This document shows positions 1 to 9,085 of a stretch of 64,000 bases of DNA, one piece after another. The notes under the pieces are model-generated. The model did no database searches. It was not told the DNA's origin and saw nothing but the letters and a program-made list of their open reading frames with translations. The stretch covers positions 32,001 to 96,000 of IMG/VR virus record IMGVR_UViG_3300005253_000063. The stretch is one strand, 5' to 3'. The stretch comes from a virus. The translations under genes were made by a program, and so were the position numbers. The first letter of the stretch is position 1. Each line of letters begins with the position of its first letter.

Positions 1-556
1 GATCTCTCGCGACATGGACGAGATCGTGATCAACGGGGACACCGGGTCCGCCGACCTGTTCCTCGCGAAGTTCGACGGGATGCTCGTTCAGGCCACGTCG
101 AACCTCGTCGCCGCGGGCTCGATCCCGCTCGACAAGACCGTCCTCCGCAACATGCTGAAGACGATGCCCAGCGAGTTCTTGCGGAACAAGCGGGCGATGC
201 GCTACTTCACTTCGGTGGACGCGCGCCTCGACTACGTCGACACGCTGTCGGACCGCGCCACCGACCTCGGCGACCGCACGACCACCCAGGACCCGGGTAC
301 CGAGATCGGCTACTCGGCCGTTCCGGTGGTCGACGTGCCGCTGTTCCCGGAGAACCAGGGCGGCGGTACCGACGAGACCAGCGTGGTTCTCACGGACCCG
401 AAGAACATCCACGTCGGCATCTGGCGCAACATCAAGGTCGAGACGGATCGTCTCGTCCGCGAGGGTGTGCTGATCATCGTCGCCACCTTGCGCTTCGACA
501 TGAAGTTCGCGGAGGAGACGGCCGTCGTGAAGGCGACGGCGGTGAAGGTCGCGTAG
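1..556 (+). CDS. Major capsid protein, C-terminal part (HK97 fold; 5'-truncated)
   Basis: Frame open to window edge; INGDT, G-x-PVV-x-VP, LTDPKNI-x-VG and R-x-D motifs typical of HK97-type capsids; followed by neck/tail genes. Confidence 0.85.
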   Translation, partial: ISRDMDEIVINGDTGSADLFLAKFDGMLVQATSNLVAAGSIPLDKTVLRNMLKTMPSEFLRNKRAMRYFTSVDARLDYVDTLSDRATDLGDRTTTQDPGTEIGYSAVPVVDVPLFPENQGGGTDETSVVLTDPKNIHVGIWRNIKVETDRLVREGVLIIVATLRFDMKFAEETAVVKATAVKVA

Positions 557-574
557 CAACCCGTCAACCCTGAA

Positions 575-597
575 GGGCGGGGCAGAGTGCCCCGCCC
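575..597 (+). terminator. GC-rich hairpin after capsid gene
   Basis: GGGCGGGGCA-GAG-TGCCCCGCCC perfect 10-bp stem 19 nt after stop; no U-tract. Confidence 0.5.
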
Positions 598-615
598 GCC
601 ACCGGAGGAAAGACT

Positions 616-942
616 ATGGCACTCGGAGCAATCACAGGCGTGGCCGCGGTTGGGCACGAAGGCGGCCCGGAGTTCATCGAGCGCGTCACCATCGTGGGTG
701 ACGGTTCCTACCCGACGGGCGGGACGGCGCTCTTCCAGGCGGCGGTACGCGCCGCGCTTGGCAAGGGCAACCTGGAGTTGCTCGCCGTCATCCACCAGGG
801 CCCCATCGGCGCCGACTTCATCATCGCGTACGACAAGACGAACGACAAGCTCACGGCGCGCGTAGCTTCGACCGGTGTCGAAGTTGCCGGCACCGTCGAT
901 ATGTCGGGCACCACGCTCGAAGCGCTCATCTTCGCGAAGTAG
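616..942 (+). CDS. Putative head decoration/virion protein
   Basis: GGAGGA SD; beta-rich 108 aa; directly after capsid. Confidence 0.6.
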   Translation: MALGAITGVAAVGHEGGPEFIERVTIVGDGSYPTGGTALFQAAVRAALGKGNLELLAVIHQGPIGADFIIAYDKTNDKLTARVASTGVEVAGTVDMSGTTLEALIFAK

Positions 943-951
943 GAGGCCGGC

Positions 952-1212
952 ATGGCATCGACAGTCAAGACCAACTCGTTCAGTGGCGGCGCAGCCGTCC
1001 AGCCTGGCGGTTCCGCAGGGAAGGACGACCTTGCGACCATGCTTCGCGATGCAGTCGACGACGTGACGGAGTTGCGCACACAACTCATCGCGTTCTTCGC
1101 GAAGCTCGATACCGATTTCGCGGCGCAGAACGGGGTAGTCACTTCTTCGCAGCTCGACGTCGACTACGAGTCGGTGCTGACCCCGGCGGCGCAGGCACTC
1201 ACCAAGGGCTAG
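952..1212 (+). CDS. Small virion-associated hypothetical protein
   Basis: AGGAGG SD; operon position. Confidence 0.6.
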   Translation: MASTVKTNSFSGGAAVQPGGSAGKDDLATMLRDAVDDVTELRTQLIAFFAKLDTDFAAQNGVVTSSQLDVDYESVLTPAAQALTKG

Positions 1213-1224
1213 GAAAGGCAACCC

Positions 1225-1599
1225 ATGGCCAAACTCGTAAGGCTCAAGCCGTACGACAAGCATCGGGGTCATGTACTCCGCCGGCTCCACGTCCACGGGA
1301 CCCTCTTCCACGAGGCGCGTGGCTGGTACAAGGTCGACGACGCGGTGGCCGAGAGGCTCGCATCGGTCCACCAGAGGGACAACGATCCGGTTTCGCCGCT
1401 CGCCTTCGACATCTGCTCCGAAGAGGAAGCAGTCCAGCTGGAGACAGACGAGAGGAAGGCTGCCGAAGCCCGCGCATCGGCAGCGGAGCCGAATGTCTCA
1501 GCTGCGACCGACCTCACCTCGAAGGACGTCAAGCCGGACGAGGACGAGAGGCCGGCGTCACGGCGCCGGTCCCGCCGGAAGCCCTCCGACGACGAGTAG
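1225..1599 (+). CDS. Hypothetical protein (head module)
   Basis: SD-like AGGA; GC3-rich frame. Confidence 0.6.
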   Translation: MAKLVRLKPYDKHRGHVLRRLHVHGTLFHEARGWYKVDDAVAERLASVHQRDNDPVSPLAFDICSEEEAVQLETDERKAAEARASAAEPNVSAATDLTSKDVKPDEDERPASRRRSRRKPSDDE

Positions 1600-1643
1600 G
1601 CGGACCGAAACCGCCGCTCTTGCCGTGCTAGCATAGGCTCGGG

Positions 1644-2747
1644 ATGAGGTACCTCGCGCAGGGTCAGACGGTTGGCTGTTCTCTGCCGTTGCTGGAACTT
1701 CCCACCGTCTTCGGTGGGTTCCAGAAGGACGCCTTCTCGGTCGAGTTCACGATCCATGACGGGGCCGGTACGCAGACCTTCCCGGCCGCCGGGCGCGAAG
1801 TCGTTGACCTGAACGATTGTCCGACAGGGACGCGCCTTGGCGTGGGGCGCTACGCCGCCGCGTGGACGGTTTCGTTGACCGAGCCGTTGGGCCGTCACGA
1901 GATCCGTTGGTTCTACAAGGAGACTGCGGCATCCGATGAACAGATCCTCGTCCGTAAGTTCGAGGTGCTGGTGACTGTGTCCGACCCGCTCGCACCCGCG
2001 TATGCCAGTATCGCCGAGATGCGCGAGGACGGCATCACGGAGGCCGATGCGAGCGACGCTCGACTGTTGCGGCTCCTACAATTCGCCAGTCGTCGGGTCG
2101 AACAGTTCACGGGGCGCCACTTCGATCCACGTTCGCTGACCCTCATGGTCGATGGCTCGGGCGGCCGGTCGCAGCTCCTCGACCAGCCAATCATTGCCTT
2201 GGAGTCCGTAGCTCTCGATGCGAGCGCCTTCGTTGGCGCCGAGCTGCTCATCGAGAATGATCTGTTCCTCGTCTACAATCGACACCTCTCGCAGGGTTTG
2301 CTGCATCCAGACGACCGTAACAACCCGAAGATCGAGTTCGTGCACGGCCGCGATCTCTTTGGCCGGGGTCAGCTCGATATCATCCAAGGGCTTACGCTCA
2401 CCCGTTTGGCGTTCCCGATCGGACCGCAGAACGTACGTATCACTGGGGTCTTTGGCTACACCGATGCAGATGGTACGCCGCTTGGTGACACGCCCGTACT
2501 TCTGCAGCATGCGACGAAGCTACTGCTCTTGCGAGACCTACCGGGGCTCACCGATTGCGATGCACGTGAGGACGCCCAGAAGCGCTGGCGGCTCCTTGCG
2601 GAGAAGACGAGTGAGCAGAGCTACCGGCTGGCCAACCTCTCGTCAGCGGGCACTGCGCACGTTGCCACGGGTGCGCTCTCAGGTGATCCGGAGATTGACA
2701 CAATTCTTGTGCAATACCTTCGGCCACCCGCAATGGGGTCGGCATGA
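1644..2747 (+). CDS. Head-tail adaptor with N-terminal Ig-like domain
   Basis: YASIAEMR...ASRRVEQFTGRHF and ITGVFGY motifs of gp6/gp15-like adaptors. Confidence 0.7.
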   Translation: MRYLAQGQTVGCSLPLLELPTVFGGFQKDAFSVEFTIHDGAGTQTFPAAGREVVDLNDCPTGTRLGVGRYAAAWTVSLTEPLGRHEIRWFYKETAASDEQILVRKFEVLVTVSDPLAPAYASIAEMREDGITEADASDARLLRLLQFASRRVEQFTGRHFDPRSLTLMVDGSGGRSQLLDQPIIALESVALDASAFVGAELLIENDLFLVYNRHLSQGLLHPDDRNNPKIEFVHGRDLFGRGQLDIIQGLTLTRLAFPIGPQNVRITGVFGYTDADGTPLGDTPVLLQHATKLLLLRDLPGLTDCDAREDAQKRWRLLAEKTSEQSYRLANLSSAGTAHVATGALSGDPEIDTILVQYLRPPAMGSA

Positions 2748-2748
2748 T

Positions 2749-3285
2749 ATGCGCGGGCGACTGATCAACCCGTTCGAGGTCGAGTTGGCGCAGCTTGACA
2801 CAAGCGCAATGGATCTTGATCCGGACGGGTCCGCGGGGCCGCTTACGTCGGGCTACGACGACGACTTCCGCGAGCCCGTTGTGCTGCTACGTGACGAAGT
2901 CGCCGACGACACGACCGGGATCGCGCTTCGCAAGGAGACGTTCATCAGGGTGCCGTGCCAGATTGAGCCGCAGTCGTGGGAGCAGCTCCGGCAGCTCCTC
3001 GGTGGTTCGTCGCCCAATGCGGCGGTGCGAATCGTCTTTCATTTCCGAGACCTGGAACGCCTCTGCTTCATCGACTCCGACACGGGCGAGGCGCTCATTC
3101 GTAACAACGATCGGCTCTGCTCGATCTTCGGCTGTGATGGCGAACTGCTTCAGGAGGTTCGGAACCCGCCTGGGTTGTTCGCGACTCAGGTCAGACCGAA
3201 CTTCGGAATCGGGCGCAGCAGGAACCTGCTGATTGCAACGTTCGAGGAGCGCGAGCAGGGCACGCTTCAAGCTGTCGCGCGATGA
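2749..3285 (+). CDS. Head closure/stopper-like protein
   Basis: ATG 1 nt after adaptor stop (MRGRLINPF...); GYDDDFREPV motif; synteny. Confidence 0.6.
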   Translation: MRGRLINPFEVELAQLDTSAMDLDPDGSAGPLTSGYDDDFREPVVLLRDEVADDTTGIALRKETFIRVPCQIEPQSWEQLRQLLGGSSPNAAVRIVFHFRDLERLCFIDSDTGEALIRNNDRLCSIFGCDGELLQEVRNPPGLFATQVRPNFGIGRSRNLLIATFEEREQGTLQAVAR

Positions 3286-3914
3286 GCGTCACTAAGGTCG
3301 GTGATTGGGGCAAGGCGCAAGCGATCCTTGGAGCATCAAGTGCCAAGTTTCGAAAGGCGTTCGACAAAGCCCTGCTGCAGGAGGCGCAGTTCTTCCGCAA
3401 GAAGATCATCCAGGGCTTCACGCGGCAGGCCCCTGGCGGAAAGAAGTTCCGCAAGTTGGCGAGGTCAACGTTGCGGTCGCGCCGGTTCAAGGGTTTTCGC
3501 GGACGCAAGGCGCTCATTCGTACCGCTGAGCTACGCAACTCGGTCACGCTCGTCAAAAAGCGCGAGGGCATCTTTGTCGGTGTGCTCAGGTCGGCGCGGG
3601 GTAAGGATGGGCGGAAGCTGGTTGACATCGCCCTTCTCATGGAGAAGGGCTCGCGTCCGATCGTTATTCGGATCACGCCGAAGATGCAGCGGTTCCTCGC
3701 GGCGATGTTCGGGGGTCGACGCGCACGGCGTCTCAAGAAAAAATCAGCTGGTGTGCAGGGGATCATCATAATCAAGATCCCGGCACGGCCTTTCTTAGCG
3801 CCCATCTTCAAACGGTTCGGCAGACCGTCGATGGTCAAAAACCGCTTCCTTGCGCGTGTCGCGAAACAGCTGAAGGGTGACTATGGCGTCGCCCTCGCAA
3901 AGACCTCGCTCTAA
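3282..3914 (+). CDS. Neck/virion morphogenesis protein (Mu gpG / HK97 gp10-like)
   Basis: Basic; LI-x-T-x-x-LRNSV and IPARPFL motifs; ATGA overlap. Confidence 0.75.
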   Translation: MSVTKVGDWGKAQAILGASSAKFRKAFDKALLQEAQFFRKKIIQGFTRQAPGGKKFRKLARSTLRSRRFKGFRGRKALIRTAELRNSVTLVKKREGIFVGVLRSARGKDGRKLVDIALLMEKGSRPIVIRITPKMQRFLAAMFGGRRARRLKKKSAGVQGIIIIKIPARPFLAPIFKRFGRPSMVKNRFLARVAKQLKGDYGVALAKTSL

Positions 3915-3948
3915 GAAGGCGAAACCCCTCGTGCTATAGTCGAACTCG

Positions 3949-4938
3949 TTGGCCGTTCCGCTCATCATTTCGGCAGTGCCCAACACCGGACCAGCCGGTG
4001 GGTTGACCCTCGTCACTCTCACAACCAACAATCTGCGTGAGCATCCCGAGCCGCCACTGACTGGACAGACGAGCGGCGTCCTGCAACGCAACGTCCAGGT
4101 ACTGTTCGGTGCAACGCCCGCGGACGACGTACGCGTCATCTCACAAGGCAAGGCGACCTGCCTCACCCCGATCCACGATCCCGGTCGGGTCGATGTCACC
4201 GTCAAGAACCTCGACGACAACGGAGATCCGATCGTAGGCGAAGAGGCAACGAAAGCGAGCGCCTACACGTTTCAACGACCGAACCTGACCGTTGAGTCGG
4301 ACTTCACCCGGGTTATCCGCACGCTGCTCCGCGAGATGAAGCGGCAGATTCTACCCGAGGTGAGCATCACCGTCCATACCGACTACGACGAAGATACAGG
4401 CGACTTCCTCAACACTCCGAAGGTCGCTTCGCTGCCCGCCCTGATTCTCAACGGGCCCGACGTGGCCGAGAACCGCTTCTTCTCGGTCAACCAGAACACC
4501 CAGGTCACGTTGCCCGATGGCACGGTGCAGCTTCGGCGGGGGCCCTACACGGTCGATCTGGAGTTCGACCTGATCGGAGCTGCCGATTTGACCAAGCAGC
4601 TTTTCGACTTGTCGGCCGCGACCACCCTCTTCTTCCATCGAAACAAGTTCCTGGTGATGGACAGAGACCCCGCCGACGCCTCGCTAGGCACGGTTCGCTA
4701 CGAGATGGATTTCATCCCAGAGGGTGAGCCCGACTCGACTACGAGGCGTGGCGAGTCCAACATTCGCAGCTTCTCTGGTACGGTACTGATCCGGGGCTTT
4801 GACCTTGAAGATTTGGCTGGAGTAACGGATGATGCGGTCGTTGGCCTGTCGAAGGAGATGCCGACGGTACCCGAGCTTGAAGACGCGAATCAACTCAACC
4901 CCGGTCTTCCGGTTGGTAAGTCCCCGGGCAGCTGTTAG
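3949..4938 (+). CDS. Tail terminator-like protein with N-terminal IPT/TIG domain
   Basis: PNTGPAGGLTLVTL...V-x-FG...PGRVDVTV IPT motif; lies before sheath. Confidence 0.65.
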   Translation: MAVPLIISAVPNTGPAGGLTLVTLTTNNLREHPEPPLTGQTSGVLQRNVQVLFGATPADDVRVISQGKATCLTPIHDPGRVDVTVKNLDDNGDPIVGEEATKASAYTFQRPNLTVESDFTRVIRTLLREMKRQILPEVSITVHTDYDEDTGDFLNTPKVASLPALILNGPDVAENRFFSVNQNTQVTLPDGTVQLRRGPYTVDLEFDLIGAADLTKQLFDLSAATTLFFHRNKFLVMDRDPADASLGTVRYEMDFIPEGEPDSTTRRGESNIRSFSGTVLIRGFDLEDLAGVTDDAVVGLSKEMPTVPELEDANQLNPGLPVGKSPGSC

Positions 4939-4947
4939 GAGTCTCGT

Positions 4948-5301
4948 ATGACGGTCACCTTGATCAGCCACGTTCCTCGGATGCAGGTGTTCAACCTTGA
5001 CCACCCGACCTTTCGTACGAAGGAGTGGGGGTTCCAGCGCAAGGATATGGTCGTGATCGAGGAGAGTCGCGACGGTCGAAGCGCACCGAAGAACATTCGC
5101 AAGTCGATCTGCGGCAGCTTGACGTTACGTGCTCACGAGAAGCGTGAAGATCTGCCGCCGCAGATCGTCAACGTGCCCGAGGTAAAGAGTGCGCGCGATC
5201 TGGGCTACGTCTCGATCGAGAAGAGCGTGCCGCCGGCTAAGGTGCCGCAACCGAAGAACAAGCCGACGTCCAAGAAGCGGCGCAGCGACACGGAGGGCTA
5301 A
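4948..5301 (+). CDS. Hypothetical protein preceding sheath
   Basis: AGGAG SD; synteny. Confidence 0.6.
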   Translation: MTVTLISHVPRMQVFNLDHPTFRTKEWGFQRKDMVVIEESRDGRSAPKNIRKSICGSLTLRAHEKREDLPPQIVNVPEVKSARDLGYVSIEKSVPPAKVPQPKNKPTSKKRRSDTEG

Positions 5302-5304
5302 CCG

Positions 5305-7527
5305 ATGGCCGAGCTTCTCAGTAGCAAGATCGTCGTCGTCGAGGAAGAGCCGCGGATCCGCAACATCCCGGGTCTTCCCACAGCGGTGCTCGCCGCTGTG
5401 GGAATCACGGAGCGAGGTCCGATCGCAGCGGCTACTCTCGTGACGAGCTTCGAGGAGTTCATCCGGGTCTTCGGTGGGTTCACTGTCGACTCGGATCTCG
5501 CGCTCGCCATGCAGGGTTTCTTCCAGAATGGTGGGACGACTGTGTGGGTCGTTCGCACCGTTCACTTCACCGACATCACCAACCCCGCCACGAAGACGTC
5601 GCTGGCAGCGACGCTCAACTTGCAGACCGCGGCCGGGGCCCCGGCCGCAGGCACGATCCTCGGAACGGTTGTCGGTCCGTACGATCTGGAGCCAGGCGAC
5701 ACGCTGTCGATCGACGTCGACACAGGTGGTCCGGTCGTAGCGACATTCCTCGCAACGGCTGCACTGCGAACCTCGGCCGTTGAGACGTATGCGCTCGTAG
5801 ACGGTCAAACGCTCACTGTCAAGATCGACAGTGAGGCGGTCGCCCAGGTCATCACTTTCAACACTGCGGAGTTCGTCGCCATCGGCGCCGCAACTGCGCT
5901 CGAAGTGGCCGCGGTCATCAATGCCGAGATCGTCGGTGCGAGCGCCGACGGCTCAAGTGGTTCGGTCGTTCTCACGTCGGACAAGCGCGGCACCGACTCC
6001 AACGTCGACGTGACCGGCGGGACCGCGAACCCCGTTCTCGTGTTCCCGACCGGCCCTCTCGCCGGCACCGGCAACGTGGCGGACATCGATGCAGTTACGG
6101 TCGCCGAAGTCAAGACCATCGTCGAGGCCGCAGTTGCTGGTCTGACCGTCTCCGATGTCGGCGGGGCGACTCAGATCGCTTCCAACACAACCGGGCCCGC
6201 CAGTTCGATTCTCGTCGAGGCTGCTTCGACCGCGGACGACGAGCTGGGGTTCGACAACGCGACCCACTCCGGGGACTCCGGTGCGGCAGCCAACACGCTC
6301 AAGATCGACGGCAAGACGGACGGGACCTACGCGAACGGCATCCGCCCGATCATCTCGGCGCCGACGAGCGGTGCAGCTGACGAGTTCAACCTGCAAGTCG
6401 AGGATGACGGGGTCATCGTCGAGACGTTCCCGAACCTCTCGATGGTCGACGCGAACGACAACTTCGTCGAGACGGTCGTCAATGATTCCGACAACGGTTC
6501 GGACCTCATCGTCGTCACTGACCTAGACTCGACCGCCGCCGATCCGCGTCCGGCCGTGGGCAGGTTCGGTCCGCTCACCGGAGGAGACGACGGGCTCACG
6601 TTGCTCGACGACAACGACTTCCTCGGCAGCGGCGCGGGTGCGACTGGGTTGCACGCACTCGACCAAGTTCAGGGTGCTACGATGCTCGTCGTGCCGGGCA
6701 GGTCCACGTCGGCGGTACACAACGGGATGGTTTCGTACTCCGAGATCGATCGCGCGAAGAGCCTCTTCCCCGTGCTCGATCCGCCCGCCGGTTTGAGCGC
6801 TGCGGGTATCGTGACCTACCAGGTGACGACGGCCGCGTTGCTGAACCTTTCCGAGTTCGGCGCGATCTACTGGCCGCGCGTCAAGGTGCTGAACCCGTCG
6901 AAGACGGTGTTCGGCAACGTGAACGAACTCACGGTGCCGCCTTCGGGCATCATCGCCGGCGTCTTCAGCCGCACGGATGCCGAGGCACCCGGTGGTGTGT
7001 ATCGTGCGCCGGCCGGGGTCGAGAAGGGTCGGCTGCTCGGCGTGCTCGGGTTCGAGACCGATGAGGTCTTGGAAGAAGCGAAGCGCGACCTCGTCTACCC
7101 GAAGCGAATCAACCCGCTCTCGACGTTCCCGGGCGCGCCTCGCTTCATCGATGGCTCACGTACGCTCAAGGGTAACGGGAACTTCCCGTCCGTGCCCGAG
7201 CGGCGCGGTGTGATCTTCATCGAGCAGTCGCTGAAGCAGGGACTGGAGTTCCTGCGCTTCCAGCCGAACACGGAAGAGACGCGAGCGGTGGCGAACCGAA
7301 CGGTGACCGCGTTCTTACTCAACCAGATGCGGAACGGTGCGTTCGCGACGAAGGATCCGGCGACGGCTTTCTTCGTCGACACGAGCGAGGCGTTGAACAC
7401 GCCGTCCGTAGTCGCGTCGGGACGGATGATCATTCGCATCGGACTCGCGACCGCAAAGCCGGCCGAGTTCATCATCCTGCGGATTTCTCAGGACACGCGC
7501 GCTCTCGAAGAGGAGCTTGCTTCCTAG
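5305..7527 (+). CDS. Contractile tail sheath protein
   Basis: GITERGP, FFQNGG, YWPRVKV, PPSG, RINP, FQPN, KPAEFII sheath motifs; large central insertion domain. Confidence 0.95.
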   Translation: MAELLSSKIVVVEEEPRIRNIPGLPTAVLAAVGITERGPIAAATLVTSFEEFIRVFGGFTVDSDLALAMQGFFQNGGTTVWVVRTVHFTDITNPATKTSLAATLNLQTAAGAPAAGTILGTVVGPYDLEPGDTLSIDVDTGGPVVATFLATAALRTSAVETYALVDGQTLTVKIDSEAVAQVITFNTAEFVAIGAATALEVAAVINAEIVGASADGSSGSVVLTSDKRGTDSNVDVTGGTANPVLVFPTGPLAGTGNVADIDAVTVAEVKTIVEAAVAGLTVSDVGGATQIASNTTGPASSILVEAASTADDELGFDNATHSGDSGAAANTLKIDGKTDGTYANGIRPIISAPTSGAADEFNLQVEDDGVIVETFPNLSMVDANDNFVETVVNDSDNGSDLIVVTDLDSTAADPRPAVGRFGPLTGGDDGLTLLDDNDFLGSGAGATGLHALDQVQGATMLVVPGRSTSAVHNGMVSYSEIDRAKSLFPVLDPPAGLSAAGIVTYQVTTAALLNLSEFGAIYWPRVKVLNPSKTVFGNVNELTVPPSGIIAGVFSRTDAEAPGGVYRAPAGVEKGRLLGVLGFETDEVLEEAKRDLVYPKRINPLSTFPGAPRFIDGSRTLKGNGNFPSVPERRGVIFIEQSLKQGLEFLRFQPNTEETRAVANRTVTAFLLNQMRNGAFATKDPATAFFVDTSEALNTPSVVASGRMIIRIGLATAKPAEFIILRISQDTRALEEELAS

Positions 7528-7538
7528 CGAGGTGAAAG

Positions 7539-8006
7539 ATGCCGATTATCGGGGGCCCCAGATCGTTCCACGACAAGTTCAAGTTCCTCGTCGAAATTGA
7601 CGGGGTGCTCAGTGCAGCTTTCAACAAGTGTGGTGAGCTGTCGGCGGAGTTCGCGAAGATCGAGTACAGCGAGGGCGGCACGCTCATTCCCAACAAGACG
7701 CCAGGGCGTATGACGTTCGCCGACGTCACCTTGGAACGCGGCGTTGCGAGCGACCTCGACCTGTTCCTGTGGTTCTCGCAGACGGGTATCGCCTCCGCGA
7801 ACTTCGGCTTGCCGGAGCCCGCGTACAAGCGTGACCTGGACATCGTCCAGAAGGACCGTGACAACACCACACTCCGACGCTGGCACCTCAACAACGCGTG
7901 GGTGCTGAAGTTCGTCGCCGGCGAGTGGGACAACGATGCCGACGAGAAGGCCATCGAGATGGTCACGCTCACGTACGACTTCTTCGAGCTGGTCTTCTCA
8001 CTGTAA
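7539..8006 (+). CDS. Tail tube protein (T4 gp19/Afp1-like)
   Basis: [18 protein letters not shown]-x-TF-x-DVTLERG, NAW-x-x-K motifs. Confidence 0.92.
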   Translation: MPIIGGPRSFHDKFKFLVEIDGVLSAAFNKCGELSAEFAKIEYSEGGTLIPNKTPGRMTFADVTLERGVASDLDLFLWFSQTGIASANFGLPEPAYKRDLDIVQKDRDNTTLRRWHLNNAWVLKFVAGEWDNDADEKAIEMVTLTYDFFELVFSL

Positions 8007-8033
8007 GCTAGCGCAAAAACAGCGGGGTAAAAA

Positions 8034-8807
8034 ATGAGCAGTAGTGAGATCGTTTGTCCTTCGGGACTGAAGGGTGAGATCCGGGGTCTGAAGACCAAGG
8101 ACGCGAACATGCTCGCCGCGTCCCAGAGCACCCGGATGCGTGTCGGCGTCCTGAACAAGCTGCTGGGCTCCTGCTGGCAGAACACTCTGGACCCCGGACC
8201 GTACACGCTCGACGCCGACGGGGCGCCGAACTGGAACCAGGTTCTCCAAGGCGACCGGCAGTTCCTGCTGCTTCAGGTTCGGTGCAAGTCGTACGGCCCG
8301 GACTACGAGTTCAAGATTCAGTGTGATGAGGTCTCCTGCCGTGAACGCTTCTCGTGGGGCCTCGACCTCAACGATATCCCGGTGAAGAGGTTGCCGGCCG
8401 AGTCGTTCGAGCGGTTCAAGAACGGGAATCGTTTCGACGCCGAACTGCCCAGCGACGGCCGGAAGATCGTGTTTCAGCTTCCGACTGGCGGGGATGAGGT
8501 CTCGGCTGCGAAGTTGAAGTCGCAGTTTCGAGACCGCCTCATCACGCTCGCGCTGAACATCCGCATCGTTGAGGTCGAGGATGTTGAGGAGCGCGAGTTG
8601 CGCCGCTTCTTCGACGAGATGGAGCTGTCGGATGCGAACGCCCTGCTCGACATCCTTGATGAGCCGGACTGCGGCGTCGAGACCGAGATCGAGATCGAGT
8701 GCCCGGAGTGCTACGGTGTGCAGGACGTGCGTCTCCCTTTCGATCGCGACTTCTTCTTTCCGAGGAAGAAGCAACGGAAGGGAGCAGCGAAGCTCCGCGC
8801 GATCTGA
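8034..8807 (+). CDS. Tail assembly chaperone (short form)
   Basis: Between tube and tape measure; two Cys pairs; ends DFFFP plus basic tail. Confidence 0.75.
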   Translation: MSSSEIVCPSGLKGEIRGLKTKDANMLAASQSTRMRVGVLNKLLGSCWQNTLDPGPYTLDADGAPNWNQVLQGDRQFLLLQVRCKSYGPDYEFKIQCDEVSCRERFSWGLDLNDIPVKRLPAESFERFKNGNRFDAELPSDGRKIVFQLPTGGDEVSAAKLKSQFRDRLITLALNIRIVEVEDVEERELRRFFDEMELSDANALLDILDEPDCGVETEIEIECPECYGVQDVRLPFDRDFFFPRKKQRKGAAKLRAI

Positions 8808-9016
8808 GCGGTATCCTCCCGGTCATCCCCGAGGAGACGCTCTGGGAGGGTATTCGACAGCTTACCTACAAGCAGCACGGTGGCAGCGGCACCAACCTAA
8901 CACTGTCGGAAGTAGAGGACATGGACCTCCGTTGCTTCCTCCGCTGGCTTGACTGGCTTGGGGATCAGCGGGAGAAGGAAGCGAAGGCGATTCGCATGGC
9001 GGCGAAACGCAGGTAG
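8735..9016 (+). CDS. Tail assembly chaperone -1 frameshift extension (G-T form)
   Basis: -1 frame ORF lacking its own SD/start, entered at slippery C_CCT_TTC 8735-8741. Confidence 0.65.
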   Translation, partial: PFRSRLLLSEEEATEGSSEAPRDLSGILPVIPEETLWEGIRQLTYKQHGGSGTNLTLSEVEDMDLRCFLRWLDWLGDQREKEAKAIRMAAKRR

Positions 9017-9085
9017 GATAGGTAGGCCGTGGCTCTCAGCTCAAGACAGGTCGTGAATGTCAAACCGTATTGGGAGTCAATTTAA

